A stretch of 64,000 bases of DNA from an uncultured Acidimicrobiia bacterium (GTDB lineage: Bacteria > Acidobacteriota > Terriglobia > Versatilivoradales > Versatilivoraceae). A program made the position numbers and the translations under genes. The stretch is from assembly GCA_963786955.1 (NCBI GenBank), contig CAWBAT010000009.1, forward strand, positions 192,001 to 256,000, written 5' to 3'. The notes beneath the pieces were generated by a model that saw nothing but the letters and a program-made list of their open reading frames with translations, was not told the DNA's origin and made no database searches. Every line of letters starts with the position of its first letter. Position 1 is the stretch's first letter. This document shows, piece by piece, positions 11,345 through 21,876 of this stretch.

Positions 11345-12502
11345 CCTACAGGTCGCTCCTAGCGGAGCCCGCACGTAGCAGGAGTAGTGCAGAGTCGATA
11401 TTTGACCCTGTGGCTTTTCCTAAAATGAGAAGACAAACCGAAGGCCCAAGAATCAGGACTGAGCTACAATCGGCCAAAGTTGCAGAGCGGCGGCATACGA
11501 TGTTCGTTAGATAATCAAGCTCCGTAAGGAGCGACCCGTTTATAGAAAAACCCATTCTCAGATGCCACTAGCCCCGCTAGGGGCGAACTGTTTGTAGCCT
11601 CGTGCAAGGACGGAGAGAGTAAGCTCCGCTAGGAGCGACCTGTAGAAGTAAATATGGCAAATACCTACAGCCAAATCTACGTCCATGTCATTTTTGCCGT
11701 TCATGCCAGAGAATGCCTTTTGAAGAAACACTTTAAGGAAGATGTTCACAAATATATTGCCGGCATCATTCATCAGCGTGGTCAAAAATTAATTGCCATT
11801 AATAGTATGCCGGATCATATCCATCTGCTGGTCTGATTGAAACCGGATGTCGCTCTTTCTGACCTTGTCCGTGACATCAAGGCGATATCGGCAAAATTTA
11901 TTAACGAGAAGAAATGGTTTCGTGGAAGATTCAATTGGCAAGAAGGCTTTGCGGCTTTTTCCTATTCACATTCACAAGTGGATCGGGTGGTTCGATACAT
12001 ACAAAACCAGGAAACACAACACGCGAAAATGAATTTCCGAGATGAATATCTGCAGCTGCTAAAGAAGTTTCATATCGAATATGATGCGCGATACATCCTC
12101 CGATCACCAGAAGAGCGTGAAGATACTGGCCGCTCCTAGCGGAGCTCGATTTTATTGGGGATTGCGATTACTACAGACAGGACGCTCCTCCGGAGCTGAA
12201 ACCGTCCGGGAAATAATGATCCTGATCTGGACTCAAAAAAGGATCCTACAGCGCTTTTGGGAACGCTGGACAATGTTTGTCATAAACTGGAAGCTCGTAA
12301 CGGGACACACACGTAGCAGGTAACCCAGAGTTGATTTTTAACTCTGCGGCTTTTCCTGAAATGAGAAGACAAGTCGCAGAGCGGCGATCTCGATATAGAA
12401 TCTGATGTTCGCAAAAGAACAGAGCTCCGTCAGGAACACCATCTTGCAAGTTCGACAATGTTATGGCACGAAGCCCCGCTAGGGGCGAACTGTTTGTAGC
12501 GG
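11345..12502. repeat. Cluster of about 8 REP palindromes (GCTCCGCTAGGAGC/GCCCCGCTAGGGGC) around the RAYT gene
   Basis: Copies near 11347, 11517, 11569, 11621, 12127, 12170, 12421 and 12471, in both orientations. Confidence 0.88.
11654..12139 (+). pseudogene. tnpA: IS200/IS605-family Y1 (REP-associated tyrosine) transposase with an in-frame TGA
   Basis: MANTYSQIYVHVIFAV, HUH motif MPDHIH, WQEGFAAFS, RYIQNQ; TGA at 11834-11836 where Gly (GGA) is expected. Confidence 0.9.
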
Positions 12503-12585
12503 TAGCCACGGTCATCGTCTTCTGCTGGGCGTGGGTTTTTAATGGCCAGTACGATGATCTTGACGGCTATCTCAAAGAACCTAGA

Positions 12586-13002
12586 CTAAGGGTTTGGCGG
12601 CGAAGTACAGACTAGGATCTCCAGGCTTTCTTCGCCCGTGTTGTCCACACCATGCTCACACCAGGAGGGCAAATGGATGAACATTCCTGCCCGTACTTCC
12701 ACTTGCTTTCCGGCCAGTGTCATCGTTCCTCGCCCCCGGAGGATGGAATAACACTCTTCGTTGTAATGACTGCCTACACTCAGTGTCGCGTGAGGGGGAA
12801 CATAGAGCATGGACACTGAGAAATTCTTAGAAGGCGCCTTGGAATTGGTCGGATGCAGCACGCGCACATTGACAACTTCAGATCCCGCAAATGTGAGAGG
12901 TATTCCATCTTGAACAGTAACGATGTTGGGCTGCACTCGCTTGGCCGGCTTTGGAATTGGTGGGTCGACTTGATACCCCTTATAAACTTGAATTTTTGAC
13001 AT
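12586..13002 (-). CDS. Cupin domain protein
   Basis: GSHYNEECYSILRGRG and LPSWCEHGVDN cupin motifs. Confidence 0.85.
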   Translation of the reverse strand: MSKIQVYKGYQVDPPIPKPAKRVQPNIVTVQDGIPLTFAGSEVVNVRVLHPTNSKAPSKNFSVSMLYVPPHATLSVGSHYNEECYSILRGRGTMTLAGKQVEVRAGMFIHLPSWCEHGVDNTGEESLEILVCTSPPNP

Positions 13003-13107
13003 GATTTTATTTTCTTCCTCCCTAAGTATTTCAAGATTAGCCCTTACGTGTAATCAATCGTCTCTCCCAAGATAAATTCAACCGTGTAACTGATCTGCCC
13101 TCCCCCA

Positions 13108-13611
13108 TTAACTTTGGATTTCCGGCTTATCGCGGAACTTCTCGATTGCCTGGCGGAGTGATATTTGAACAGACACCAAATGGGCCTCATCCCGATAGGG
13201 ATGGCGTGGCCAAAAAAACCCTTTCAAGCCATCCTGCCTGCGACGAGGAACTACGTGAACATGCAGATGGGGGATACTTTGACTCACATGGTTGTTTATC
13301 CCAATGAATGTTCCCTCAGCCATCATTGCTTCTTCGAGAGCGCGCGCAACTACTTGGGCAAGGCTGAAAACGGGTATGAGTAGGGATGGAGGCAGATCGA
13401 CAAGGGTCTCGTAATGGGATTTGGGTAGGATAAGGCAATGGCCAGGAAATAACGGCCGGTGATCCAGGAAGGCTAACACTTGCGCGTCTTCATAGACGGC
13501 GTGACATCCTAGTTCGCGCTGAATGATCCTGCAGAATCGGCAATTCGCATCCAGGTGCCGCGCAGGCAGGGTCTCTACATTAGAGTGGTCTTGCAACATA
13601 CCGATGTTCAA
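13108..13611 (-). CDS. HIT family protein
   Basis: CRFCRI, PLFPGHCL, PHLHVHVVP histidine triad; true start probably further downstream. Confidence 0.92.
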   Translation of the reverse strand: MNIGMLQDHSNVETLPARHLDANCRFCRIIQRELGCHAVYEDAQVLAFLDHRPLFPGHCLILPKSHYETLVDLPPSLLIPVFSLAQVVARALEEAMMAEGTFIGINNHVSQSIPHLHVHVVPRRRQDGLKGFFWPRHPYRDEAHLVSVQISLRQAIEKFRDKPEIQS

Positions 13612-14011
13612 CCATCAGGCAGCGGTTCATAACGACCCAGAGCCCGGCGCTGGTAGCTTTTTCAGCCGCCGCACGATGAACGATTCCTTCCTGCATCCAA
13701 ACCCCCTGAACCTTGCGCTGAATCGCCTCTTCGACAATTGCCGGAACAGCCTCCACCTTTCGGAAGATATTCACCATATCGACCTGAACAGAGCCCGGAA
13801 TCTTCGACAGATCGGGGTAGCAAGTTTCTCCGAGAATAGAACGACAATTGGGATTCACAGGAATAATCTCGTACCCCTGCGATTGCATATAGCCAGCAAC
13901 CATATGACTCGGACGAAGTGGATTGTCAGAAAGGCCCACCACTGCGATGGTTTTCGTGTTTTTCAAGATATCGGCGATGTCGGGCTGATTAATGGCTGGC
14001 ATTGCAGACAT
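13580..14011 (-). CDS. CoA-binding protein (YccU-like)
   Basis: IAVVGLSDNPLRPS, PVNP, VWMQEG, VVMNRC. Confidence 0.93.
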   Translation of the reverse strand: MSAMPAINQPDIADILKNTKTIAVVGLSDNPLRPSHMVAGYMQSQGYEIIPVNPNCRSILGETCYPDLSKIPGSVQVDMVNIFRKVEAVPAIVEEAIQRKVQGVWMQEGIVHRAAAEKATSAGLWVVMNRCLMVEHRYVARPL

Positions 14012-14017
14012 TCTGAT

Positions 14018-14764
14018 TCAATCGACTGATCCGTGTTCCTCAGTCAATCCACGCTTGAGAGTTTTGAAACGGCGGATCTCTTCGACTCCCAAGGGTCGGA
14101 ATGCCCCCGCCTTCAATTTTGGGTCGCGAAGAAAGCCAATCTGAATACGTTTCAGCTTGACCACGGGGTGATCAATCAAGTCAAACATTTTGCGAATTTG
14201 ATTGTTTTTCCCCTCGATCAGGGAAACTTTGAACCAGGGATTATCTCCGGGTTTCACTTCTTCGATCTGGCATGAAGCGAGAAGTTTTCCCTCCAACCGA
14301 ACCCCTCGACGAAGTTTGGACAACTCCTCCTCCGAGGGATTGCCCCGAACTTTGGCCAGATAGATCTTGGGACAGTGTGGTCCGGCACTCGCGATGGTCT
14401 GGGCAAAATCTCCATCGTCTGTCAACAAGAGCAATCCTTCACTCATGCAATCCAATCGCCCGACGGGAAAAAGTCGTTGAGAAACTTCCGGCAAAAGATC
14501 CAGGATCGTGGGCCTTCCCTGCGGATCGGATAAGGTGCACAGATATCCTTTGGGCTTATTGAGAAGAAGATAAGTCTTCCGGGTAGGGATTCGAATGAGT
14601 TTCTCATCTACTTTGACGGCGTCAACCGAAAGATCTGCCTTGCTTCCCAATTGCGTGGCAAGACGGCCGTTGACTGTTACTCGACCCGAAAGGATCAACT
14701 CCTCTGCCTTGCGACGAGAGCAGATTCCCGCCTGGGAGATCAATTTTTGCAGTCTTTCAATCAT
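14018..14764 (-). CDS. rluB: 23S rRNA pseudouridine synthase (RluB-like)
   Basis: S4 domain ERLQKLISQAGICSRR, VGRLD, EGKNNQIRKM; follows scpB. Confidence 0.9.
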   Translation of the reverse strand: MIERLQKLISQAGICSRRKAEELILSGRVTVNGRLATQLGSKADLSVDAVKVDEKLIRIPTRKTYLLLNKPKGYLCTLSDPQGRPTILDLLPEVSQRLFPVGRLDCMSEGLLLLTDDGDFAQTIASAGPHCPKIYLAKVRGNPSEEELSKLRRGVRLEGKLLASCQIEEVKPGDNPWFKVSLIEGKNNQIRKMFDLIDHPVVKLKRIQIGFLRDPKLKAGAFRPLGVEEIRRFKTLKRGLTEEHGSVD

Positions 14765-15504
14765 GTTGTTTCGGTGGTGAAGCTCTTGGGTTCAGGGCTT
14801 TCGGACTCAGATGGGGACAATTCCACGTCACTGGCCGTGGTTTCGATAGCCGGGGTCTCAATGTCAGAATCCGAAAACTCAGCTTGAAGGGGGACGTCAG
14901 GGGCAGAGCTTTCTTCTGCCGGAGCGTTAAAATCGAACGCGAGCGGGAGAGTCCCTTCTTGCGCTAAAGAAACTCTGGCTAGCTCTTCAAATTCTTCCAG
15001 GCTGGGCAACTCATCGAGACTCTTTAGCCCGAAGTGAATGAGGAATTCCTTGGAAGTTTTGTAGAGTATCGGTCTACCCATCACATTCTTTCGCCCGGCC
15101 GTAGTGATGAACTTCTTATCCAATAAGGTCTTTAAGACGCTAACCGCGCTGACGCCCCTCACTTCCTGAATCTCAGGAACGGTGATCGGTTGTCTATAGG
15201 AAATGACTGCCAAGGTCTCCAATGCCGCAAGCGAGAGCTTGATGGGGGGGGTCAAATGCTTGAGATACTTTCGGACCCATTCATGATGCTCCGGTTTGGT
15301 GGCCATTTTATAGCCGTTGGCAATTTCCTTGATCTCCAACCCTCTCGCAGACCCCTGGTACTCTTCGACGAGCTGCTGGATGGCCGTGTTTATGGACTCC
15401 TGGTGCTCTTTCCCCAACATCTCAATCAGGGTTTTTGCGGAAATCGGTTCACTGCTTACGTAAATGAGTGCCTCGATGATGGGCTTCAATTCCTGTTCAG
15501 TCAT
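14761..15504 (-). CDS. scpB: SMC-Scp complex subunit ScpB
   Basis: LSLAALETLAVISYRQP, GRPILYKTSKEFLIHFGL. Confidence 0.95.
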   Translation of the reverse strand: MTEQELKPIIEALIYVSSEPISAKTLIEMLGKEHQESINTAIQQLVEEYQGSARGLEIKEIANGYKMATKPEHHEWVRKYLKHLTPPIKLSLAALETLAVISYRQPITVPEIQEVRGVSAVSVLKTLLDKKFITTAGRKNVMGRPILYKTSKEFLIHFGLKSLDELPSLEEFEELARVSLAQEGTLPLAFDFNAPAEESSAPDVPLQAEFSDSDIETPAIETTASDVELSPSESESPEPKSFTTETT

Positions 15505-15544
15505 TCCCGTCGATTCCCTCGTGTAAATGATCCAAGCTCCAAAA

Positions 15545-16336
15545 TTAAAGAACCCCTGCCCCTTTGGCCGCTGCTTGGGGTTCCATCCATTTTTCCCATT
15601 GGTTCATGACTTGTTCAAAATTCTCCCGGCGGCGAACCATGATATCGCTGTAGTTTTGCCTCTGAACCAGCTTAATGGCCTGGAGATGAACCATTTCCAA
15701 TATTGCGAGAAAGGCGACAATGAGATTCCGCCGGTTATGGTAGACCGAGAAAACTTCCGTCAAACTCACTGTCCCGCTGGATCGTTCAAAAAACTGGCGC
15801 AGCTTTTCGATCACTTGACTGACCGTCAGCTCATCACGCTCAATATCCAGGCGGCCTGTTTCTTTTCTTCTCTCCAAAATCTTGTGGAACGTCGACACGA
15901 GATCAAACAGACTGACCTGGATTTCCCGTTCCTCCTCAGGAGCAGCCCCCTCTTGAACCCCTGCATTGGTCCAGGATGAACTTTCCACGAGCTCTTTCTG
16001 GTGTAACATTTGCGCGGCATTCTTGAACTTCTCGTGTTCCAAAAGCCGCTGAACCAGCTCCATTCTGGGATCTTCGTATTCTTCTTCAGACTGCAATGGA
16101 TCTCGAGGGAGGAGCATCTTTGACTTGATGTGAATCAATGTCGCCGCCATCAAGATAAAATCGCTGGCGACGTCAATGTCCAGTTCTTTCAGGATCCGCA
16201 ACGCTTGAAGATACTGGTCGGTGATCAGGGCAATGGGAATGTCGTAAATGTTAATTTGCTGCCTGCGAATCAGATCCAGCAGGAGATCCATCGGTCCTTC
16301 ATAGATTGGAAGATGGATCTGGTATGGGTCGCTCAT
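15545..16336 (-). CDS. scpA: Segregation/condensation protein ScpA
   Basis: YEGPMDLLL, IKSKMLLP, FLAILEM. Confidence 0.95.
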   Translation of the reverse strand: MSDPYQIHLPIYEGPMDLLLDLIRRQQINIYDIPIALITDQYLQALRILKELDIDVASDFILMAATLIHIKSKMLLPRDPLQSEEEYEDPRMELVQRLLEHEKFKNAAQMLHQKELVESSSWTNAGVQEGAAPEEEREIQVSLFDLVSTFHKILERRKETGRLDIERDELTVSQVIEKLRQFFERSSGTVSLTEVFSVYHNRRNLIVAFLAILEMVHLQAIKLVQRQNYSDIMVRRRENFEQVMNQWEKWMEPQAAAKGAGVL

Positions 16337-16456
16337 AGGTCTAATAGTCTAACGCAGAATAGGTGGAAAATGGATCCCTTACTATAGATCACAATCCCAT
16401 GAAACTTTTAAGGCGCCGCCCGTTTTCAAAAAAAGACGACGATGCAGGCACATCCC

Positions 16457-17445
16457 TTATTCGAGCTTTACAGCTTTTCGCACTTCCTCCATCGTCTGTT
16501 TTGCCACGACTCGGGCTTTGCAGTTCCCTTCCTCAATGACATCCCGGATCTCATCTTTACGATGTTCATACTGCTTGCGCCTATCGAGCAGCGGCGAAAT
16601 TTCCTTGAGCAGGTGATCCGTCATCCACTTTTTGCAATCAATACACCCAATTCCAGCGACGCGGCATTCACGATTCACAGTCTGAATGGTTTCGGGCGGT
16701 GAATAGATTTTATGATAGGAGAATACCGGGCAGACGTCGGGATCCCCCGGGTCGTTACGCCTTTTCCGAGCAGGGTCTGTCATCATCGCTTTGATTTTTT
16801 GACGAATCGCTTCAGGGGAATCAGAAAGCGAAATATCGTTCCCATAGCTTTTGCTCATCTTTCTCCCATCAAGTCCCGGAAGACGCGGAACCGGAGTGAG
16901 CAGGGCCTGGGCTCTGGGAAAACCTTCCCGTAAAACGAGTTGAAACGCCGGCAAATTTCCCGAGTCAATTCGACATGAGGAACCTGGTCTTCGCCGACCG
17001 GCACAAAATCTCCTTTGTACATCAGGATATCTGCCGCTTGCAGGACCGGGTAGCCGAGAAATCCATAATTGCCGAGGTCGCGATCCGTAATATTCTCTTG
17101 CTGCTCCTTATAGGTGGGAACCCGTTCCAGCCAGCCGATCGGGGTAATCATCGAAAGCAACAGGTGTAACTCCGCATGCTCCGGGATCGCAGACTGGACA
17201 AACAGAACTGACTTCTTCGGATCAAGTCCTGCGGCCAGCCAGTCCACCATCATTTCAATGCGATTCTCCTGGATCTTCGAGGGATCGGCAAAATCAGAAG
17301 TCAAAGCATGCCAGTCAGCGATGAAGTGATAGCAAGCATACTCGTTCTGTAATTTGACCCAATTGTTCAGGGCCCCTACCACATGACCAAGATGGAGTTT
17401 CCCGGTGGGGCGCATTCCACTCAAGACTCGCTGATTAGAGGACAT
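16457..17445 (-). CDS. trpS: Tryptophan--tRNA ligase with a 1-nt frameshift at about 16910
   Basis: SGMRPTGKLHLGH, VPVGEDQ, KMSKS; adding one C to the CCC run restores FPEPQALLT. Confidence 0.95.
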
Positions 17446-17530
17446 GAACAATTTTCCTTGACCTGATTTTCTAGTGATTGGTTGGGAACCCCTCAACCAG
17501 GTCACACGTCAAGAGCACTGAGCAACCATT

Positions 17531-18175
17531 TCAAAGCTTAATCAAGGTATCCACGACGGCCAGAAACGGAAACAACACCACTCGAAAGACCCCCATCATC
17601 ATACACAAAAATAAGATCATAAACCCGTAAGGCCGCAATTTCTCATAGCCCGAAGCAAGAGCAGACGGTAAAAAATGCGGGAGTATCCAGCTGCCATCCA
17701 AGGGGGGTATTGGAAGCAAATTAAAAACGGCAAGAATCACGTTGAGTTGCACTCCCAGCATGCACATCAAGTAGAGGGGCTCCGCAGCAGTTCCGAGAAA
17801 ACTGGCGTCGGCACGCAGATAAAACCGGAACAATTTGATCAATAGAAGGAACCCCAAGAAAGCCAGCATATTGCTGATGGGACCTGCAGCAGAAATTAAA
17901 ATGTCCGCCTGACGGCGATCTTTGACGTTGCGAGGGTCCCAGGGAACGGGCTTTGCCCATCCAAACATGGGCGCCCCTGTGAAAAAGCCAATGGCGGGAA
18001 AAATGAGAGTTCCAAACACATCAATATGAGGAATGGGATTAAGCGTAATCCTTCCCAAATGGCGTCCGGTGGGGTCTCCCAAGCGATCTGCCATCCAGGC
18101 ATGGGCCGCTTCGTGGAGACTCAAGGAGAACAAGAAGACAACCATGTCTAAGAAGAATAATGCAATTTGCGGCAA
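17531..18175 (-). CDS. Site-2 protease (M50)
   Basis: HEAAH, NPIPHID, FNLLPIPPLDG. Confidence 0.93.
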   Translation of the reverse strand: MPQIALFFLDMVVFLFSLSLHEAAHAWMADRLGDPTGRHLGRITLNPIPHIDVFGTLIFPAIGFFTGAPMFGWAKPVPWDPRNVKDRRQADILISAAGPISNMLAFLGFLLLIKLFRFYLRADASFLGTAAEPLYLMCMLGVQLNVILAVFNLLPIPPLDGSWILPHFLPSALASGYEKLRPYGFMILFLCMMMGVFRVVLFPFLAVVDTLIKL

Positions 18176-18416
18176 TGAGTCCCTCGATAGTTGGAATTTT
18201 CAGAAGTCACTACTGAGCGAAACGAGCGGGGAATACCAGGAGGGTGTGATCAGCGTTCGATCGGTGATTCGGACCTGGAATGACGACGACCCCAATGTAA
18301 TTTTCAGGCTGAGTTTAACATAGATGTTTTTAAAACACTAGCTTGGGGCGCCCCTCGACCCCTCGTTGGAAATTCCTCAGTCTCCTATTCAATACTCGTC
18401 ACGGCTCCGCCTTTGT

Positions 18417-18581
18417 TATGCGTTAGTTATCGGGGGAATTTCTGGTAGGGCGCGCTCGCCGAGCGCGCCGCGGACGGCCCGGCGGTCCGTCCCTACCCAC
18501 TCAGCCGCTACAGAAGCAACAATCTCAAATCGTCACCGAAGGCCTTGCCCTTAGAGATTTCCCCCCGTAACTAACGCATTA
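18417..18581. mobile_element. MITE (about 27-bp TIRs, about 11-bp TSD) carrying a GTAG REPIN
   Basis: TATGCGTTAGTTATCGGGGGAATTTCT ... AGAGATTTCCCCCCGTAACTAACGCATTA; flanks TCCGCCTTTGT/CCCGCCTTTCT; internal GGTAGGGCG...CCCTACC. Confidence 0.8.
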
Positions 18582-18689
18582 CCCGCCTTTCTCCATTGTT
18601 GTAGTATGAAATGAGGCAGGCAGAGTATAATCAAAGGGGTTTCGAGTTTTAGCAATTCATACTCTGAAGCTCTTTCACACTGGATCCTT

Positions 18690-19508
18690 ATGAGCCTCAT
18701 TCTATTACGCTTGGCCACTGCGCTCTATTCCATCGGCCTGCTTCATTCTTTCCTGACGATCATCAAACGGCAGAAGACACTTTTTCAGATTGCCATGCTT
18801 GGCATTTGCTCCGGATTCGTGGTTCACTTTCTTTCCATTCTTTTTGCCTGGATCGAATTGAAGCATTTGCCCATCAGTAATTTGCACGAAGTATTGTCGT
18901 TCTTTGCCTTTGTGATCGTGTTGGCTTTTCTTCTGTCGTATGCCCGATACCGGATGGATTCTTTAAGCGTCTTCATCTTCCCTCTGGTCTTCATTTTAAC
19001 TTTAGCTGCCAATCTCGTTAACGTCCAGAGAACGATGCGACCTGAGGTGCTCAAAAGCCTGTGGCTCTATATTCATGTTCCCACGACATTTTTAGCTTAC
19101 GCAGCCCTGTTTGTCGCCTTTGCAGTCGGTATCATGTATCTCATCCAGGAAAAGGAGTTAAAGCGGAAGCGCCCCCAAGCATTCTATTACCGACTTCCTT
19201 CGCTGGAAGTTTGCGATGAACTGGGTTACCGAGCTTTAGGGATTGGCTTTTCCCTGCTGACGATCGGGATTGTGGCGGGCGCCTTTTGGGCCAGCAGATC
19301 TCTGACGACTTCCTGGGAGCGCGATCCAAAGATTTTATGGTCCTATGTGACCTGGCTCATTTATGCGGTGCTCCTCCATTACCGCCTGTCTGCAGGCTGG
19401 AGAGGACGTCGAGCCGCCTGGTTGTCTGTAATCGGTTTTATTATCGTCCTGGCGGCTTTCTTTGGAACCCGGCATCAAGGTAGCGCTCACACTTTTATTC
19501 TGCAATGA
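18690..19508 (+). CDS. ccsA: CcsA/HemX-like cytochrome c assembly family membrane protein
   Basis: WLYIHV, GAFWA, WERDPK, GWRGRR; first gene of the hem operon. Confidence 0.85.
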   Translation: MSLILLRLATALYSIGLLHSFLTIIKRQKTLFQIAMLGICSGFVVHFLSILFAWIELKHLPISNLHEVLSFFAFVIVLAFLLSYARYRMDSLSVFIFPLVFILTLAANLVNVQRTMRPEVLKSLWLYIHVPTTFLAYAALFVAFAVGIMYLIQEKELKRKRPQAFYYRLPSLEVCDELGYRALGIGFSLLTIGIVAGAFWASRSLTTSWERDPKILWSYVTWLIYAVLLHYRLSAGWRGRRAAWLSVIGFIIVLAAFFGTRHQGSAHTFILQ

Positions 19509-20770
19509 ACGTCGCATTAGTAGGGGTAAGTCACAAGACGGCCCCGGTCGATATCCGCGAAAAACTGCACTTTCCTGAGCCCCGGCTCGGGGAGGCGCTC
19601 CACCAGTTGAGAACCCAATTTGGATTTGAAGAGAGCCTCATCCTCTCGACCTGCAACCGAGTTGAGCTGGTTGCCGAAACCTCCATTCCTGATGAAGGCC
19701 TGCATCAATTAAAACAATTCATTTACGCGTTTCATCAGATTCAACCCGACAACTTCGAGCGGTTTCTCTACTCTTACACTCAAACTGAGGCCGTCCATCA
19801 TATCTTCCGGGTTGCGAGCAGCCTGGATTCCATGGTCCTCGGCGAACCTCAGATTCTCGGTCAAATAAAGAACGCGTTCACTCTTGCGAAAGGGGCTGGA
19901 AGCGTGGGCCGGACTCTCAACAGCGTGATGACTCGCGCCTTCTATGTTGCCAAGCGGGTCCGTTCAGAAACCGGAATTGCCGCTTCGGCTGTTTCCGTCA
20001 GTTACGCGGCTGTAGAACTGGCCAAGAAAATCTTTAATAAACTCACGGGTAAAACGGTCCTTATTCTGGGAGCCGGCAAGATGAGCGAGATGACTGCCAA
20101 TCACTTGACTCACAGCGGCGTTTCAAGAGTGATGGTGTGGAATCGCTCTTATCCGAGCGCCGTGGAAGTTGCGCGATTGTTTAAAGGCGAAGCCATCCTC
20201 CCCGAGGAGCTCTTCAAACACATTCAGCTAGCCGACATTATTATCAGTTCTACCGGAGCTCCTCATTTCATTTTGAGTCGTGAAGACGGAGAGCGAATCA
20301 TTCATTTGCGCAAGAATCATCCCGTGTTTATTATCGACATTGCCGTACCGCGTGATGTCGATCCCGAAATCAACAAAGTGAATAATATCTTTCTCTATGA
20401 CATCGATGACCTCCGAAATGTCGTCGATGCCAACATGCGGCAGCGCCAGAAGGAAGCCCAGTCTGCCGAGGATATTGTTCGTCAGGAGGTCGAGTCTTTT
20501 ATTCGGCACTCACAGACACTGGACGTCGCTCCAACTATTGTGCGTCTTCGTGAGCATTGGGAAAAAGTTCGGCTGGACGAATTGGCCAAGAACCGGAAGC
20601 GGTTTGGCGACCTGTCGAGAGAGCAAGAAATAGCATTGGAGAACTTGACTCAAAGCCTGCTGAATAAGATGCTTCATGGCCCCATCTCCGAATTGAAACG
20701 CGTCAGCAGCCAGCCGGCCGATGGAACGGAACTCGATGTCATCAAGAGGATGTTTGGCTTGAAGGAGTAA
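19505..20770 (+). CDS. hemA: Glutamyl-tRNA reductase
   Basis: STCNRVE, SLDSMVLGEPQILGQ, DIAVPRD. Confidence 0.97.
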   Translation: MNVALVGVSHKTAPVDIREKLHFPEPRLGEALHQLRTQFGFEESLILSTCNRVELVAETSIPDEGLHQLKQFIYAFHQIQPDNFERFLYSYTQTEAVHHIFRVASSLDSMVLGEPQILGQIKNAFTLAKGAGSVGRTLNSVMTRAFYVAKRVRSETGIAASAVSVSYAAVELAKKIFNKLTGKTVLILGAGKMSEMTANHLTHSGVSRVMVWNRSYPSAVEVARLFKGEAILPEELFKHIQLADIIISSTGAPHFILSREDGERIIHLRKNHPVFIIDIAVPRDVDPEINKVNNIFLYDIDDLRNVVDANMRQRQKEAQSAEDIVRQEVESFIRHSQTLDVAPTIVRLREHWEKVRLDELAKNRKRFGDLSREQEIALENLTQSLLNKMLHGPISELKRVSSQPADGTELDVIKRMFGLKE

Positions 20771-21706
20771 ATGACACTTCAAAAACTCATCATCGGATCC
20801 CGTGGAAGCCAACTGGCACTTTACCAGGCTCATTGGGTAAAGGAGAAAATCGAACAAAAGCATCCCGAACTCTCGGTCGCCATCGAAATCATCAAGACTT
20901 CTGGCGATATCATCGTTGATGCGCCTCTTAACAAAATCGGTGGCAAAGGGGTTTTCACCAAAGAAATCGAAGAGGCGCTGTTAGCCAAGAAGATTGACCT
21001 GGCCGTCCACAGCATGAAGGACCTCCCCACGGTGCTGCCGGAGGGCCTTTGCATGGGAGCTATTCCCCACCGGGAAGATGTCCGTGACGCTTTTCTTTCA
21101 AATCAATTTGAGTCGATAGACACGTTACCAGCCAGCGCCCGTGTCGGAACCAGCAGTCTGAGGCGCCAGTCTCAACTCCTCCTGTTGCGCAAAGACCTTC
21201 AAATTGTGAATCTCCGCGGAAATCTTGATACTCGAATCCGTAAACTTGACGAAGGCCAGTATGATGCAATCCTGTTGGCCTGTGCTGGTCTCGTGAGATT
21301 GGGGCTCAGCCATCGTATTAAACAGAGAATCCCCATCGACCAGTTGTGTCCTGCAGTGGGCCAAGGGGCTCTGGGAATTGAAGTCCGGGAAAAAGACGGT
21401 TTCGTGCTGGAAGTGCTCGATGGGCTTCATGACCGAAAAGCGGCAAGGGCCGTCATGGCGGAGCGCACTTTCCTGCAACGCCTGGGGGGAGGTTGTCAGG
21501 TGCCTATCGCAGCACATGCCTGGGAAGAGGACGGTAGTTTGAAGATGCTCGGAGTGGTTGCTAATCTGGATGGATCTTGCATCTACCGCTCCAATGATCA
21601 AGCTCCACTCGCCGAGGCAGAACTGCTCGGGACACGTCTGGCGGAGAAGTTGCTTAGTTTAGGTGCTCAAGAAATACTGGATGCCCTGTCAACCATGAAC
21701 TCGTAG
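20771..21706 (+). CDS. hemC: Hydroxymethylbilane synthase
   Basis: GSRGSQLA, VHSMKD, GTSSLRR, GGGCQVP. Confidence 0.97.
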   Translation: MTLQKLIIGSRGSQLALYQAHWVKEKIEQKHPELSVAIEIIKTSGDIIVDAPLNKIGGKGVFTKEIEEALLAKKIDLAVHSMKDLPTVLPEGLCMGAIPHREDVRDAFLSNQFESIDTLPASARVGTSSLRRQSQLLLLRKDLQIVNLRGNLDTRIRKLDEGQYDAILLACAGLVRLGLSHRIKQRIPIDQLCPAVGQGALGIEVREKDGFVLEVLDGLHDRKAARAVMAERTFLQRLGGGCQVPIAAHAWEEDGSLKMLGVVANLDGSCIYRSNDQAPLAEAELLGTRLAEKLLSLGAQEILDALSTMNS

Positions 21707-21876
21707 GCCAGCAACTTGGTTCCTGCCCCACCTCCCCAAAGATATGAGTTTGGGGAAACGGTTCCTGGTCGGCATTATTCTGCGAACTTCGATACAACGG
21801 GCTGTTTGAAAGGGAGACGCTCTCCGATGACGTTCCGCAATCAAGCTGAATATTTTTTTGAGAGCCATTGATCGAT

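Noticed and set aside
11834-11836. TGA in tnpA as selenocysteine or recoding
   Set aside because: The position corresponds to Gly, not Cys, and TGA is used as a normal stop elsewhere in the window
11345-12502. REP cluster as a CRISPR array
   Set aside because: Repeats occur in both orientations with irregular spacing, there are no cas genes, and a RAYT gene sits in the centre
16900-16925. Programmed frameshift in trpS
   Set aside because: No slippery heptamer at the shift point; a one-base homopolymer deletion explains it
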